A stretch of 55,993 nt of DNA from Eubacteriales bacterium (GCA_050946195.1 JBMNUI010000004.1:1-55993); one strand, 5' to 3'; counted from the first letter of the stretch, positions 16,352-25,803 are shown. Numbers and translations are program-made. Notes: generated by a model from the letters alone, not told the origin.

Positions 16352-17779
16352 TCAGGTGGGGAGGTTCCCCTCGTCCGGGTCGAGGTCAAGCATGGGGATA
16401 AGTTTGTCGATGTCCCCGGCCCCCATGATAACGACCTTATCCCCGGGCAGAAGATGGTTTACAAGAAAGGCGGCGGTTTTCTCCATGCTGTCCATATACT
16501 CGGCCTTGTCCTCGATTGCCGCGGCAAGTTTCTTTGAGCTCACCCCGTAGTCTTCCGCACCCCGCGCTGCATATATGTCTGTGACAAGGACGCGGTCGGC
16601 ATATCCGAAGGCGGCGGCAAAGTCGTCGAACAGCGCGGCGGTGCGGCTGTATGTGTGGGGCTGGAACACGCAGATAAGCTCGCCCTCTGTGCCCATGTTC
16701 GCCAGGCTCTCAAGCGAGGCGCGTATCTCGGTAGGGTGGTGGGCGTAATCGCTGAAAACTATTGCCCCCTTCATTGTGCCGACACGCTCAAGCCGCCGTT
16801 TTGCGCCGGTAAAGACCCGCAGCCCCGCGGCGATTCTGTCTGCCTCAATTCCGCACAAATCGGCCACAGCCGCGGAGGCCAGCGCGTTGTAAACATTGTG
16901 TACGCCGGGCACCGACAGCGCGGCGCGGCAGAAGAAGGCGTCGTGCTTCATTATGTCAAAGCTGCAAAAGCCGTTTTCCCGCACTATATTGGCCGCCCTG
17001 AATATCGCCTCGGGGTTGTGGATTCCGAAGGTGATTGTATTTATCTCGGCGCGCGAGACCACCTCGCGCACGTTCTCGTCGTCGGCGTTTGCCACAAGAG
17101 AGCCCTGTGGCGCGGCAATGCGGGCAAACTTCACGAAAGAGTCTTTTATCTGCTCAATGCCCGAAAAATAATCGAGGTGCTCGGGCTCGATGTTGAGCAC
17201 TACCGCGATGTTGGGATTGAAGTCAAGGAAGGAGTCCATGTACTCGCAGGCCTCGAATATGAAATTCTCAGACCCGCCGATGCGGTAGGCTCCGTTCATC
17301 GAGGCCATCTCGGCGCCCGACATGACAGTCGGGTCGGCGCCGCCCTCCATGAAGACCTGCGCGCACATGGTGGTGCAGGTGCTCTTTCCGTGCATGCCCG
17401 AGATGCCTATCCGGTTTTTGTACCCGGTCATAAGGTACCCGAGGTAATCTGCCCGCGAAATAAGGGGCAGCCCCGCGGCAGCAGCCGCCGCGTATTCGGG
17501 GTTTTCGGGGGGTATGGCGACAGTGTAGACTATGACGTCGTAGCCGGCTATGTTTTCGGCGTCATGCCGGTATTTTATTTCAATTCCCTCGTTTTCAAGC
17601 CGGCGGGTGAGTTCGCTTTCGGTCCGGTCCGAGCCTCCGGTGCGGTAGCCGGCAATATGGGTCAGGTGGGCCAGCGAGGACATATTTATCCCGCCGATCC
17701 CGATGAAAAAGACAGATTTTGCCACCTTCATCCATTCACTGATGTGCCGGGGGCCGAAGTGCGTGTTTTCAGTCAGCAT
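16352..17779 (-). CDS. murC: UDP-N-acetylmuramate--L-alanine ligase
   Basis: FIGIGGINMS.LA, GMHGKST, EACEY, HLDYF, PG.HNVYNA, DYAHHPTEI, FQPHTYSRT, MGAGDI. Confidence 0.96.
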   Translation of the reverse strand: MLTENTHFGPRHISEWMKVAKSVFFIGIGGINMSSLAHLTHIAGYRTGGSDRTESELTRRLENEGIEIKYRHDAENIAGYDVIVYTVAIPPENPEYAAAAAAGLPLISRADYLGYLMTGYKNRIGISGMHGKSTCTTMCAQVFMEGGADPTVMSGAEMASMNGAYRIGGSENFIFEACEYMDSFLDFNPNIAVVLNIEPEHLDYFSGIEQIKDSFVKFARIAAPQGSLVANADDENVREVVSRAEINTITFGIHNPEAIFRAANIVRENGFCSFDIMKHDAFFCRAALSVPGVHNVYNALASAAVADLCGIEADRIAAGLRVFTGAKRRLERVGTMKGAIVFSDYAHHPTEIRASLESLANMGTEGELICVFQPHTYSRTAALFDDFAAAFGYADRVLVTDIYAARGAEDYGVSSKKLAAAIEDKAEYMDSMEKTAAFLVNHLLPGDKVVIMGAGDIDKLIPMLDLDPDEGNLPT

Positions 17780-18089
17780 ACGGATTCCTTTCAGAGTCGC
17801 AATTTGGGCAGGCCTGTTTTTTCAGTATATGAGCCGGGGTAATTTCCAGTTCTGAATCTTTTTCCCGGTCTCAAGCGAAAACCGGTGCGGGCCAAAACCT
17901 GCCCTCGCTCTCACCGGCAAATTTCAGTTTTCACAGAAAAGTTTACTTTTCTTTGAATAACCGTCACAATGATATTCTATACTAATACTCGTAGGTTGGT
18001 TATTTATGCAATGTCTGACACCGCCCCGTCGGGACCAATCATCTCACGGGCACAGTAATTCGCAAGCCGCGATTTGACAGGAGGTAAGT

Positions 18090-18416
18090 ATGCAGATTAC
18101 AGACATTAAAGTAAGAAAGCTGTTTAGTGACGGCCCCATGAAGGCAATCGCATCGGTGACATTTGACGGCCAGCTTGCCGTACATGACATCAAGGTCATC
18201 CATGCGCGCGATAAGTACTTTATCGTCATGCCCAGCCGCAAGAACCCCGACGATACCTACCGGGATATTGTACATCCCATCAACTCCCAGTTCCGTTCGG
18301 TGCTTGAATCGGCCGTAATCGAAGCATATCAGGCCGAGCTGAAGAACACCGAAGCCAAAGCAGAAGCCACAGCAGACGTAGCCGACGCCGTTCCCGACAC
18401 TCCGTCGGTTGTCTGA
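18090..18416 (+). CDS. spoVG: Septation regulator SpoVG
   Basis: MQITDIKVRK...MKAIASVTFD...VHDIKVI...MPSRK...RDIVHPIN; RBS AGGAGG. Confidence 0.95.
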   Translation: MQITDIKVRKLFSDGPMKAIASVTFDGQLAVHDIKVIHARDKYFIVMPSRKNPDDTYRDIVHPINSQFRSVLESAVIEAYQAELKNTEAKAEATADVADAVPDTPSVV

Positions 18417-18428
18417 TAAAATATGGCG

Positions 18429-18456
18429 GCACTCCCACGGGGAGTGCTTCTTTTTT
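18429..18456 (+). terminator. Intrinsic terminator after spoVG
   Basis: GCACTCCC-acg-GGGAGTGC followed by TTCTTTTTT. Confidence 0.85.
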
Positions 18457-18459
18457 CGT

Positions 18460-18528
18460 GGGGCGCTGCCCACACCCCGCTTAAGGAACTTTTTGAAAAA
18501 AGTTCCTCAAGAACCTTCAACAAACTTA
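18460..18528 (+). repeat. Dispersed palindromic repeat, copy 3 (complete)
   Basis: GGGGCGCTGCCCACACCCCGC-TTAAGGAACTTTTTGAAAAAAGTTCCTCAAG-AACCTTCAACAAACTT. Confidence 0.82.
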
Positions 18529-18533
18529 TAACC

Positions 18534-19076
18534 TTATATACTCGGTGTGAGACGTTCCGGGGTGCTGGTCTCAAACTCGCCCCAGCTGAGAAGGATTTCG
18601 CCCCGCCTTATCTCTATTATTCCGAACGAGGCATCGCGGTATCCCCCGGCACTGCCGGGATTGAAAAGCCAAAGCGGCTTTTTTGTTTCCATATCCCCGA
18701 GCCGGGTCCCCGCGGGGATATATTCCTGATGTTTTTTATGAGTATGCCCGAAAAGCAGGATATCGGCGCCGGCTTCTGCCGCGTGCCGCGCGGCGGACTC
18801 AATCCCCGACTTGACATGATATGCGTGCCCATGCATCATCATAATGCCGGCGTCGCCCAAATTCACAAGCCTTTCCTCGGGTGCGTCAAAAAAACTGAAG
18901 ATGTCGCAGTTGCCGCGTACCGCAAGCACCGGTACATCCCCGGTGTCGCAGCGCGAGAGGTTCCAAAGCCCGTCCCCGAGAAAAAGGAGCATATCGGGCG
19001 GCGATATCTGGCGGGAGAGCGCCGCCTTTATCCTGTCCGGGCGGCCGTGCGTGTCTGACAAAACCAGAATTCTCAT
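18534..19076 (-). CDS. YfcE/YsnB (MJ0936)-family metallophosphoesterase
   Basis: SDTHG, LGDG, VRGNCD, HGH, FGHTH, NPGS. Confidence 0.9.
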   Translation of the reverse strand: MRILVLSDTHGRPDRIKAALSRQISPPDMLLFLGDGLWNLSRCDTGDVPVLAVRGNCDIFSFFDAPEERLVNLGDAGIMMMHGHAYHVKSGIESAARHAAEAGADILLFGHTHKKHQEYIPAGTRLGDMETKKPLWLFNPGSAGGYRDASFGIIEIRRGEILLSWGEFETSTPERLTPSI

Positions 19077-20014
19077 GGCTCATATGGCGGCGGCTCTACT
19101 ACCTCGCAGCCGGCCGGCAGGCAGAATCTCAGCGCGCCGGGTCTTAAGCTGATAGATAATTTTTCACACTCGACCAGCTCGCCGTCAATACTGACATTCC
19201 GGACTCTGCCGAAGTCAACCTCAAGGCTTCGGCATTTTACATACTCGACGATTTTGTCAATCCCTTTCTTTTGCAGGTAGGTCCCGTCCTTATATGAGCC
19301 GAGCAGCGAGAGGAAGGTCAGCCTCGATACGTTTTTTATAAAAGCAACGTCGAGCAGGCCGTCTTTGATGCTTGCGTAGGGACCCGAATGAAACCCCCCG
19401 CCGCAATAGGCGCTGTTGCCGATGCAGACAAGAAGGAGATCCTTTTCCTGAATCTCTCCGCCGTCAACAGATACTCTCATTTTAACACCGGGCTTGTTGA
19501 TAAGCTCAATCAGGGCGCCGAGCAAATACGCCGCCTTGACGGGTACTATCGGGTTGCGTTTGATTCGCAGCACGGTCTTTACCACCTCGGCGTCAAAACC
19601 CGAGTTGAGCGTTGTGGTGGCGAACCTCCGGTTATATTCAATGAGGTCAAGCTTGACAATGCGACCGCCTACCTGGGCGGCGATATCAAAAAAGCGCTCG
19701 CGGCAGGTGAAGTTCCGGACAAAGTCGTTACCGGTCCCGGTGGGTATGACCCCAACGGATGCGCCGGGGTATCCGGCAGCCCCGTTTGCCACCTCGCTTA
19801 AGGTGCCGTCCCCACCGCAGGCGTAAAAGCGGAGCTCGCCGGAAGCTTCCCCGCAGGTGCGCCTGATATAGTCCTCGGCGTCGCCGACTCCTTTTGTATA
19901 ATAGATCTCGTAGTCCACACCCTGCCGGTCGCAGTATGACCGGATGTCGCCGTCAATCCGGCGGTACAGTTTCCCTTTGCCGGCGGCGGGATTAATTAAA
20001 AAATAATGCTTCAT
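19073..20014 (-). CDS. Diacylglycerol kinase family lipid kinase (YegS/BmrU)
   Basis: INPAAG, GGDGTLSEV, PTGTGNDF, GFDAEV, GN..YCGGG, DGLLD, DGE. Confidence 0.9.
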   Translation of the reverse strand: MKHYFLINPAAGKGKLYRRIDGDIRSYCDRQGVDYEIYYTKGVGDAEDYIRRTCGEASGELRFYACGGDGTLSEVANGAAGYPGASVGVIPTGTGNDFVRNFTCRERFFDIAAQVGGRIVKLDLIEYNRRFATTTLNSGFDAEVVKTVLRIKRNPIVPVKAAYLLGALIELINKPGVKMRVSVDGGEIQEKDLLLVCIGNSAYCGGGFHSGPYASIKDGLLDVAFIKNVSRLTFLSLLGSYKDGTYLQKKGIDKIVEYVKCRSLEVDFGRVRNVSIDGELVECEKLSISLRPGALRFCLPAGCEVVEPPPYEP

Positions 20015-20317
20015 ATGTACCTCTGCCGCAGTGCGGCAGCCCTTTCATTGACGGTTCGGTTCCGGAGAGTTCCGGCTGGTCTTAGCGCCACTTGCATACC
20101 GGATGCCCGGTGTGCTTTATTTTATCATAAATTGTGAGGGTTGTCCATATGTCCGATTGTTTTTGGTAGGCTGCGCTTTTTGCGTTGCCTTTTGTCATTT
20201 TTCGTGAATACTTCATATACTGTCGGTGACAGGCGAAAAATCCGTCAGAGCCGGGTTGGCTGCGCGCCCTGCGGCGCTGTTTGTCAAGGCTAAGAAAACG
20301 CAAAATCGGAGGTATAT

Positions 20318-20545
20318 ATGCAACTGGATAGAAATGCGGTTGAGCGTCTGCTCGAAATGAACGACACTCAGCTTAAATTCCTGATAAAAAAGCTGGCCAC
20401 CGAGGCCGGGCTCGATCTCTCGGCTTTTAATATAAGCACAAATGACATATCGTCGCTCAGAAACGCGCTCGCCAGGGCGTCTGACGAGGACATAGCAAAG
20501 GCGGCAGAGCAGCTCTCCCGGCTGAAGAAAAGGAGAGAAACCTGA
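20318..20545 (+). CDS. Small hypothetical protein (75 aa)
   Basis: Strong RBS GGAGG; helical amphipathic composition; first of three tightly linked genes. Confidence 0.7.
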   Translation: MQLDRNAVERLLEMNDTQLKFLIKKLATEAGLDLSAFNISTNDISSLRNALARASDEDIAKAAEQLSRLKKRRET

Positions 20546-20546
20546 C

Positions 20547-21032
20547 ATGGACGAAGCAATAAACACCGACAGGAAAGAAAACGGGGCCGAGGGGAATCTC
20601 GGCGGCCTTTTGGACTCCCTGCTCAAGAACCCCGAGCTGATACAAAAAATTTCAGGCGTGCTATCGGGACTGAACAACCAGGAAGACTCACACGCAGAAG
20701 ACTCCCGGACCGCTGATAGCGGGGATACCGGAGAAATCCCGGCTTCATCACTCGGTACAGACGAGCTTTCGAAAAAACTCTCGGCACTCCTTGAGAACAA
20801 GGATCTCATGGCGGCCCTGCCGGGCATATTGTCGGGACTGAAGCCGCCGGGTCCGGCAGGTCACAGCGGACATCACCACGGACATCACGGGCATCACCAT
20901 AAACCCGAGGCCGATAAAAAAATAGCGCTGATGTGCGCACTCAAACCATATCTGAGCGGGCGCCGGCGCGAGATGATCGATTACCTGATAAAGATAAACA
21001 AGCTCAGCGACATTTTTCATTCCCTGACATGA
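20547..21032 (+). CDS. Hypothetical protein with His-rich tract
   Basis: RBS AGGAG; LL.NPELIQKI repeat-like motif; GHSGHHHGHHGHHH; C-terminal ALMCALKPYLS..RR..ID. Confidence 0.7.
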   Translation: MDEAINTDRKENGAEGNLGGLLDSLLKNPELIQKISGVLSGLNNQEDSHAEDSRTADSGDTGEIPASSLGTDELSKKLSALLENKDLMAALPGILSGLKPPGPAGHSGHHHGHHGHHHKPEADKKIALMCALKPYLSGRRREMIDYLIKINKLSDIFHSLT

Positions 21033-21072
21033 CCCGGCCGGCGCGGGATTGACGAAAGGAGATGACCGGAAA

Positions 21073-21639
21073 ATGTATACAAGAGAACAGGGGCCGAAAG
21101 ACGGCCCGGATATCAGGTTGCCCGACAATTACAGCGGCACCGCCTTCCGCAGCGGTATAAGGCACCCGCCCGAAGCAATTGCACTGCCGCCCGGTCTTTT
21201 GTCCGATGAGAGCGCGAAATACTCAAAGGATACCCCTGCAAGACAGCCGCGCAGTTACATAAAAAAGGTGCCGCCCGAGCGCGATTTGCTGCCCGTGGAG
21301 CAACCCGGGAAAGAGGATGTCAGGAAATCCCCCTTCCCGGATGCAGGTGAGGCCAGGCCGGTTCATGAGGAGCCCGAACGGAGCGGGGAGGTCGAACACA
21401 AGCCTTCACACAGCGAGCACGACAAAGAGGGCCACCCGGCTGCAGCCCTTGAGAAACCCAACCCTAAAAACCCGCTCAAGGGACTTTTTTCCTCAATTAT
21501 ACCCCCGGGGTTCGGAAAGCACGGGGAAGGGGAGTTCGGCTTTGAGGAATTATTGCTTGTAGGACTTATTCTGCTGCTCTCCCAGAGCGACGCCAACAAC
21601 GATATCCTCCTTTTGCTTGCCCTCCTTTTGTTCTGTTAA
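21073..21639 (+). CDS. Hypothetical Pro-rich protein with C-terminal hydrophobic hairpin
   Basis: RBS AAAGGAG; LPDNYSGTAF N-terminal motif; ends EELLLVGLILLL...DILLLLALLLFC. Confidence 0.7.
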   Translation: MYTREQGPKDGPDIRLPDNYSGTAFRSGIRHPPEAIALPPGLLSDESAKYSKDTPARQPRSYIKKVPPERDLLPVEQPGKEDVRKSPFPDAGEARPVHEEPERSGEVEHKPSHSEHDKEGHPAAALEKPNPKNPLKGLFSSIIPPGFGKHGEGEFGFEELLLVGLILLLSQSDANNDILLLLALLLFC

Positions 21640-21661
21640 AAAATGTCGCTGCCCTGCCCGG

Positions 21662-21690
21662 TTGACAAATTCCCCCTCGGGTGATATACT
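21662..21690 (+). promoter_or_regulatory. sigma-A promoter
   Basis: TTGACA-N17-TATACT with extended TG. Confidence 0.75.
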
Positions 21691-21721
21691 TGACGCAAAA
21701 AGTCATAGAGCGGGGGCCGGA

Positions 21722-22183
21722 ATGAAAAACAGGGTAGCGAAAATAATCCTTGAGCTGTCGCGTCACCACATGAGCGCGTATGTGCTGGTGACGCTTATAA
21801 ATATTATACTTATCTCGCAAGGGGCCGGCACAAACCTCTACTTTTCGGCCTTTATGCCCCGGCTTGTCACAGCCTATGCGTACTTTTGCGCCGGTAATCT
21901 TTCATACCCGGCAGCGATACCGGCCGGCATTGTGGTGGCCTTGCTTAACGTTTCGCTCTTTGCGCTTTGCGTCGTGTTCTCATATCGGGCCGCCGGCTGG
22001 TTGCTCTGCGGTGCCGGCCTTGTCGCCGTCGATACCGCGGTTATCGCATGGTGGTCTGTCTGGCTCAGGGATTCCGGATATATTCCCGAAATCCTTATCA
22101 ACCTCTGGGTTATAATAGCACTCGTTGCCGGATATATTGTGGCGCTTGGCTTGCGGGGTCGCTGCCCCCGAACCCCCGCTTAG
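21722..22183 (+). CDS. Hypothetical integral membrane protein (about 4 TM)
   Basis: Hydrophobic helices; has its own promoter; last codons and stop lie within repeat copy 4. Confidence 0.65.
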   Translation: MKNRVAKIILELSRHHMSAYVLVTLINIILISQGAGTNLYFSAFMPRLVTAYAYFCAGNLSYPAAIPAGIVVALLNVSLFALCVVFSYRAAGWLLCGAGLVAVDTAVIAWWSVWLRDSGYIPEILINLWVIIALVAGYIVALGLRGRCPRTPA

Positions 22184-22222
22184 ACCCTTTTCGAAAAGGG
22201 TCTAAGAACCGAAAAAACCTTT
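22154..22222 (+). repeat. Dispersed palindromic repeat, copy 4 (complete)
   Basis: CGGGGTCGCTGCCCCCGAACCCCCG-CTTAGACCCTTTTCGAAAAGGGTCTAAG-AACCGAAAAAACCTT. Confidence 0.82.
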
Positions 22223-22297
22223 AAGCCTTAAACTAATTAGGAAGCACTGACAGAAATAAAAAGCACGCGGCGACCGAAAGTCGTCCTATAGCCAATA

Positions 22298-22348
22298 ACA
22301 CCCTTGAAGGGGAACGGTCAAAACCGTTCCCCTTTCAAGGGTGTTTTT
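22298..22348. terminator. Hairpin terminator between convergent genes
   Basis: ACACCCTTGAAGGGGAACGG-tcaaaa-CCGTTCCCCTTTCAAGGGTGT followed by T-tract. Confidence 0.75.
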
Positions 22349-22349
22349 A

Positions 22350-22904
22350 TTATATCGGTTCACCGTCAGGTGTGAAGAGCGGCAGCTTTTCAAGATAAAT
22401 CAAATCCTCGCGGGTCTGCGCGTCGCCCTCGGCAAGTATTGCCATCCTGCCGCATACAATGCCGCCGGCCTGCCTCACCAGCTCCTCAAGCGCCCGCAGC
22501 GACTCGCCGGTCGAGACAACATCATCGACCACAAGGATTCTCCTTCCCCGCATAAGCTCGGCGTCGGCCGTGTCGAGGTAGAGCGTCTGTTCCCGCGCAG
22601 TGGTTATCGAGCGGACCGTAACTTCAAATACCCCGGTCATATAGAGCTTGGGTGCCTTTCTTGCCAGAAAGTATTTTTGATTCCCGGCCAGGCGCGCCAT
22701 CTCGTGGACCAGCGGTATCCCCTTTGCTTCGGCGGTAATCAGGTAATCATATTCGGGTGCGCGGGCAAGCAGCTCGCGCGCACAGGCTGTTGTCAGTTCA
22801 GGGTCGCCGAAAATGACAAAGGCGGCAATTGACAGCTTGTCGTTTAGCCGACATAAAGGTAATGTGCGGCTGAGCCCGGCTACTTTAATGGTATAGCTTT
22901 TCAT
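22350..22904 (-). CDS. Type I phosphoribosyltransferase (adenine/xanthine PRTase-like)
   Basis: TAEAKGIP, ARK, VRSITT, ILVVDDVVSTGES PRPP motif; RBS GGAGG. Confidence 0.88.
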   Translation of the reverse strand: MKSYTIKVAGLSRTLPLCRLNDKLSIAAFVIFGDPELTTACARELLARAPEYDYLITAEAKGIPLVHEMARLAGNQKYFLARKAPKLYMTGVFEVTVRSITTAREQTLYLDTADAELMRGRRILVVDDVVSTGESLRALEELVRQAGGIVCGRMAILAEGDAQTREDLIYLEKLPLFTPDGEPI

Positions 22905-22963
22905 AATATGCAACCTCCGTCAAAAGCTATGACCCGAGGCGAGGCGCTTGTGGCTGCAGGATT

Positions 22964-24142
22964 TCAGTATTCCGCTCTGATTTTTATTGTCTGGAGCGTC
23001 GCCTCGGCCTCGGCTGCAAGCGAGCTGAAATCCAGCTTTTTTTCCTCGGCAATCACCCGCTCTATCTGCGGGCGGGTTTTGGGATGCCGCGGCGTGAAAA
23101 CCGTGCAGCAGTCCTCATACGGCAAAATCGAGGTGTCATATGTCCCGACCCTTCTGGCAAGCCTTATAATCTCCTCCTTGTCAAGCCCGATAAGCGGCCG
23201 GAAAACCGGCAGGTCGGCGGCGGCGTCGGTGACCGATATCGCCTGCAAAGTCTGGCTGGCCACCTGTCCGAGGCTCTCACCGGTGATAAGCGCGCCGCAG
23301 TCCCGCGCGCGGGCAATCTTTGAGGCGATATGCATCATATACCGACGGAGCAGGAGCGTGAAATATTCTTCGTTGCAGGTGCGCTTAAGTTCCTCCTGAA
23401 TCCGCGTGAGCGAGACAATATGCAGGTCGATATCCCCCGCCCAGCGGGCAAGGATTCCGGCAAGCGCAATCACCTTTTCTTTCGCGCGCTCGTTGGTGTA
23501 AGGGAAGGATTCAAAGTGCAGCGCCTCGACCAAAACCCCCCGCTTTGCCATCATCCAGCCAGCAACCGGCGAGTCGATACCTCCCGAGAGCAGCAGCAGC
23601 CCCCGGCCGTTGCTCCCCACCGGCAGGCCGCCGGCCCCCGGGAGCTGGCCGGCATGAATGTACGCGCCGAACTCGCGAATCTCGACCCTGACTACCACCT
23701 CGGGTGTGTGGACGTCGACCGCAATATCCGGACAGGCCGCATGAAGTGCCGTGCCGACCTGCTTTGCTATTTCAATTGAATTTAAGGGAAAGCTCTTGTC
23801 CGAGCGCTTGGCCTCGACCTTAAAGCTCTTCTTCCCGGCAAGGAACTTCGGGATGTATTCGACCGCCGTGCCGCGAATGCTGTCCATATCCTTTGCGGCG
23901 ACTACCGCTCGGCAGACGGCTATGATCCCGAAAATCCGCTGCACCGCCTCATACACTCCGTCAATGTCGGAGCTATCGTCGTTCGGCTCAACAAAAACCG
24001 TACTCTGGGCGCGGTATATCTTAAAATTCCCGTAGTATCCGGCACACTCCTTTATCCGCCGGCAGAGCATATTTTCAAACCAGCCCCGGTTGGCGCCTTT
24101 GAGAACTATCTCTCCGTATTTGCACAAAATTACTTCTTTCAT
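22964..24142 (-). CDS. thiI: tRNA 4-thiouridine(8) synthase ThiI
   Basis: KYGEIVLKG.NR, THUMP domain, GGLPVG, LLSGGIDSPVA, TGESLGQVASQT, PYEDCC. Confidence 0.96.
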   Translation of the reverse strand: MKEVILCKYGEIVLKGANRGWFENMLCRRIKECAGYYGNFKIYRAQSTVFVEPNDDSSDIDGVYEAVQRIFGIIAVCRAVVAAKDMDSIRGTAVEYIPKFLAGKKSFKVEAKRSDKSFPLNSIEIAKQVGTALHAACPDIAVDVHTPEVVVRVEIREFGAYIHAGQLPGAGGLPVGSNGRGLLLLSGGIDSPVAGWMMAKRGVLVEALHFESFPYTNERAKEKVIALAGILARWAGDIDLHIVSLTRIQEELKRTCNEEYFTLLLRRYMMHIASKIARARDCGALITGESLGQVASQTLQAISVTDAAADLPVFRPLIGLDKEEIIRLARRVGTYDTSILPYEDCCTVFTPRHPKTRPQIERVIAEEKKLDFSSLAAEAEATLQTIKIRAEY

Positions 24143-24160
24143 AGTCTGATACTGCCGCCA

Positions 24161-24478
24161 CTATTCAGGTTTTCCGGAAGTGTCGCCTTTGTCTCCGGTC
24201 TCATCGCCGTTGTCATCGCTGCCGACATCCTCTTCGGCGTCATATTCAAGCAGCCCGGCGGCGACCTCAAGGTCCCCACGGCGGACATAGATGTCTGTGC
24301 CGAACATTGAAAACCCGGTGACCGTGCTTCCGATCCCTCTTTCCTTTATGAGATAAGGGATTACGGCACCCTCGAGTATGCTGCGAACCACCGCAAGCGC
24401 CGCGTTGTCGTATACGGTGGTCAAAAACTCAAGTCCTTCGGGCGGCCTGTGGGGCTTGTCAAGTCCGAAAATATCCAT
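24161..24478 (-). CDS. DUF2007-like (putative signal transducing) protein
   Basis: A.VRSILE..IP.......IYV...D.E.A..LL pattern with an acidic tail. Confidence 0.65.
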   Translation of the reverse strand: MDIFGLDKPHRPPEGLEFLTTVYDNAALAVVRSILEGAVIPYLIKERGIGSTVTGFSMFGTDIYVRRGDLEVAAGLLEYDAEEDVGSDDNGDETGDKGDTSGKPE

Positions 24479-24517
24479 GTTTTCTGTCCTTTCCGCGCCG
24501 GTTGCAACATAACCGCG

Positions 24518-25600
24518 CTAATCCCTGTAATAATTCGGAAAGAGCTTCTCCCAGACCCTGCGGCAGGCGAAGGTATCGGCAATCGACGTGTGCGCCGTGC
24601 CCTCCCATTCAATGCCGAAGCATTCCATCGCGTCGCCAAGGCTTGCGTGCTGTATGTCGGGTCTGCACTCATGAATATAGCGCACGAACTCGTTGGCACA
24701 GCAGCGCAGCTTCAGTTTCAGCGCCTCGCGTTCCTCTTCGGTGGGATAAATGTGTTTGATATGGCTGTAATCGGTGGACACGCCGAAGGCAACGATTACG
24801 TCTGCGTTGTCGAATATTTCCCTGATTCTCGGGGCTATTTCCTCAAGTTTCGGAGCGTCGAGCGTCATATCCGGGGTTATACCGTGGATTTTCTCGGTCC
24901 TTTTCCACTTTTTTGTGTGCACCGGGCGTATGAGGCTGTTCAGGATTACATCCCCGTGCCCGTTGACAATAGATATCGAGATAATCTCGTCGCGCTCGTA
25001 AAAGCCGGTGAGCTCAAGGTCAAAGAAAAGCACCTGCGACCGCTCCATATTGTAATGAGCATTCCGGTGCTGTTCGCCCTCGGCGCGGCGAACCGCCAGC
25101 TCCTGGTTGTAACAGGTCTCGCACAGCTTCTTACGGTATCTTGCCGCCTTGCCGCACCGGGCGCACATAAGCGGCTGCCTTACCGCGGTTTTCTTGTCAA
25201 AAAAGAACAATATACTCTTGTCGCTTCTGTAGGTATATGCCACAGGCTCCTCGATGACGTCGTAATGGAGCTTCTGGAGCCGTTCTTTTGTATAGTACCC
25301 GCATAGAGCGGCGCGTTTGATGCTCATGCGGGGTATCCGGTTGCCGCTTGGCAGTGTCATGGTTTCTGTTTTGGCATCGGGGAAGTACCAAAGCTCGGGC
25401 GGAGCTTCAACAACAGTCTCGGGGTCGTAATAATAAACCACACTGCCGTTCTCGTTTGTGCTGTATGCGACCGGGTCTACGCTCGGCATCAGGTGCATCT
25501 GATACAGCATGCCGCGGGTCAGGTATCCTCTTGCTTCTGCATCTTTTTTCCGAATTTCATTTATGGTAGCGCCCGAGCGCAGCCTGATAGCGGTATTCAA
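24518..25600 (-). CDS. DEDDh 3'-5' exonuclease with N-terminal tandem repeat and zinc ribbon
   Basis: FDLELTG (ExoI), IHGITP, STD (ExoII), HTSIAD (ExoIII); CARC...CETC; TTG start at 25600 after GGAGG. Confidence 0.82.
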   Translation of the reverse strand: MNTAIRLRSGATINEIRKKDAEARGYLTRGMLYQMHLMPSVDPVAYSTNENGSVVYYYDPETVVEAPPELWYFPDAKTETMTLPSGNRIPRMSIKRAALCGYYTKERLQKLHYDVIEEPVAYTYRSDKSILFFFDKKTAVRQPLMCARCGKAARYRKKLCETCYNQELAVRRAEGEQHRNAHYNMERSQVLFFDLELTGFYERDEIISISIVNGHGDVILNSLIRPVHTKKWKRTEKIHGITPDMTLDAPKLEEIAPRIREIFDNADVIVAFGVSTDYSHIKHIYPTEEEREALKLKLRCCANEFVRYIHECRPDIQHASLGDAMECFGIEWEGTAHTSIADTFACRRVWEKLFPNYYRD

Positions 25601-25803
25601 TATATGCCTCCACGCGAATGGACTACGACAATGCCCCGAAAAAGCCGCCCACAAACGGCGGCAAACAGGCTTGAGGCCCTGTCGGTACTCTTAAATATCC
25701 GAATTATTATATCACACAATTAAATCTTATTCAATACCGGCGGTAAAAATTATAGTTCCGCGGGGGGCGGTTGGCAAAACCTGGTGCCAAGCGCCCCGCG
25801 ATT

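Noticed and set aside
18423-19058. 211-aa plus-strand ORF after spoVG
   Set aside because: It starts in the terminator/repeat and is antisense to the phosphoesterase gene.
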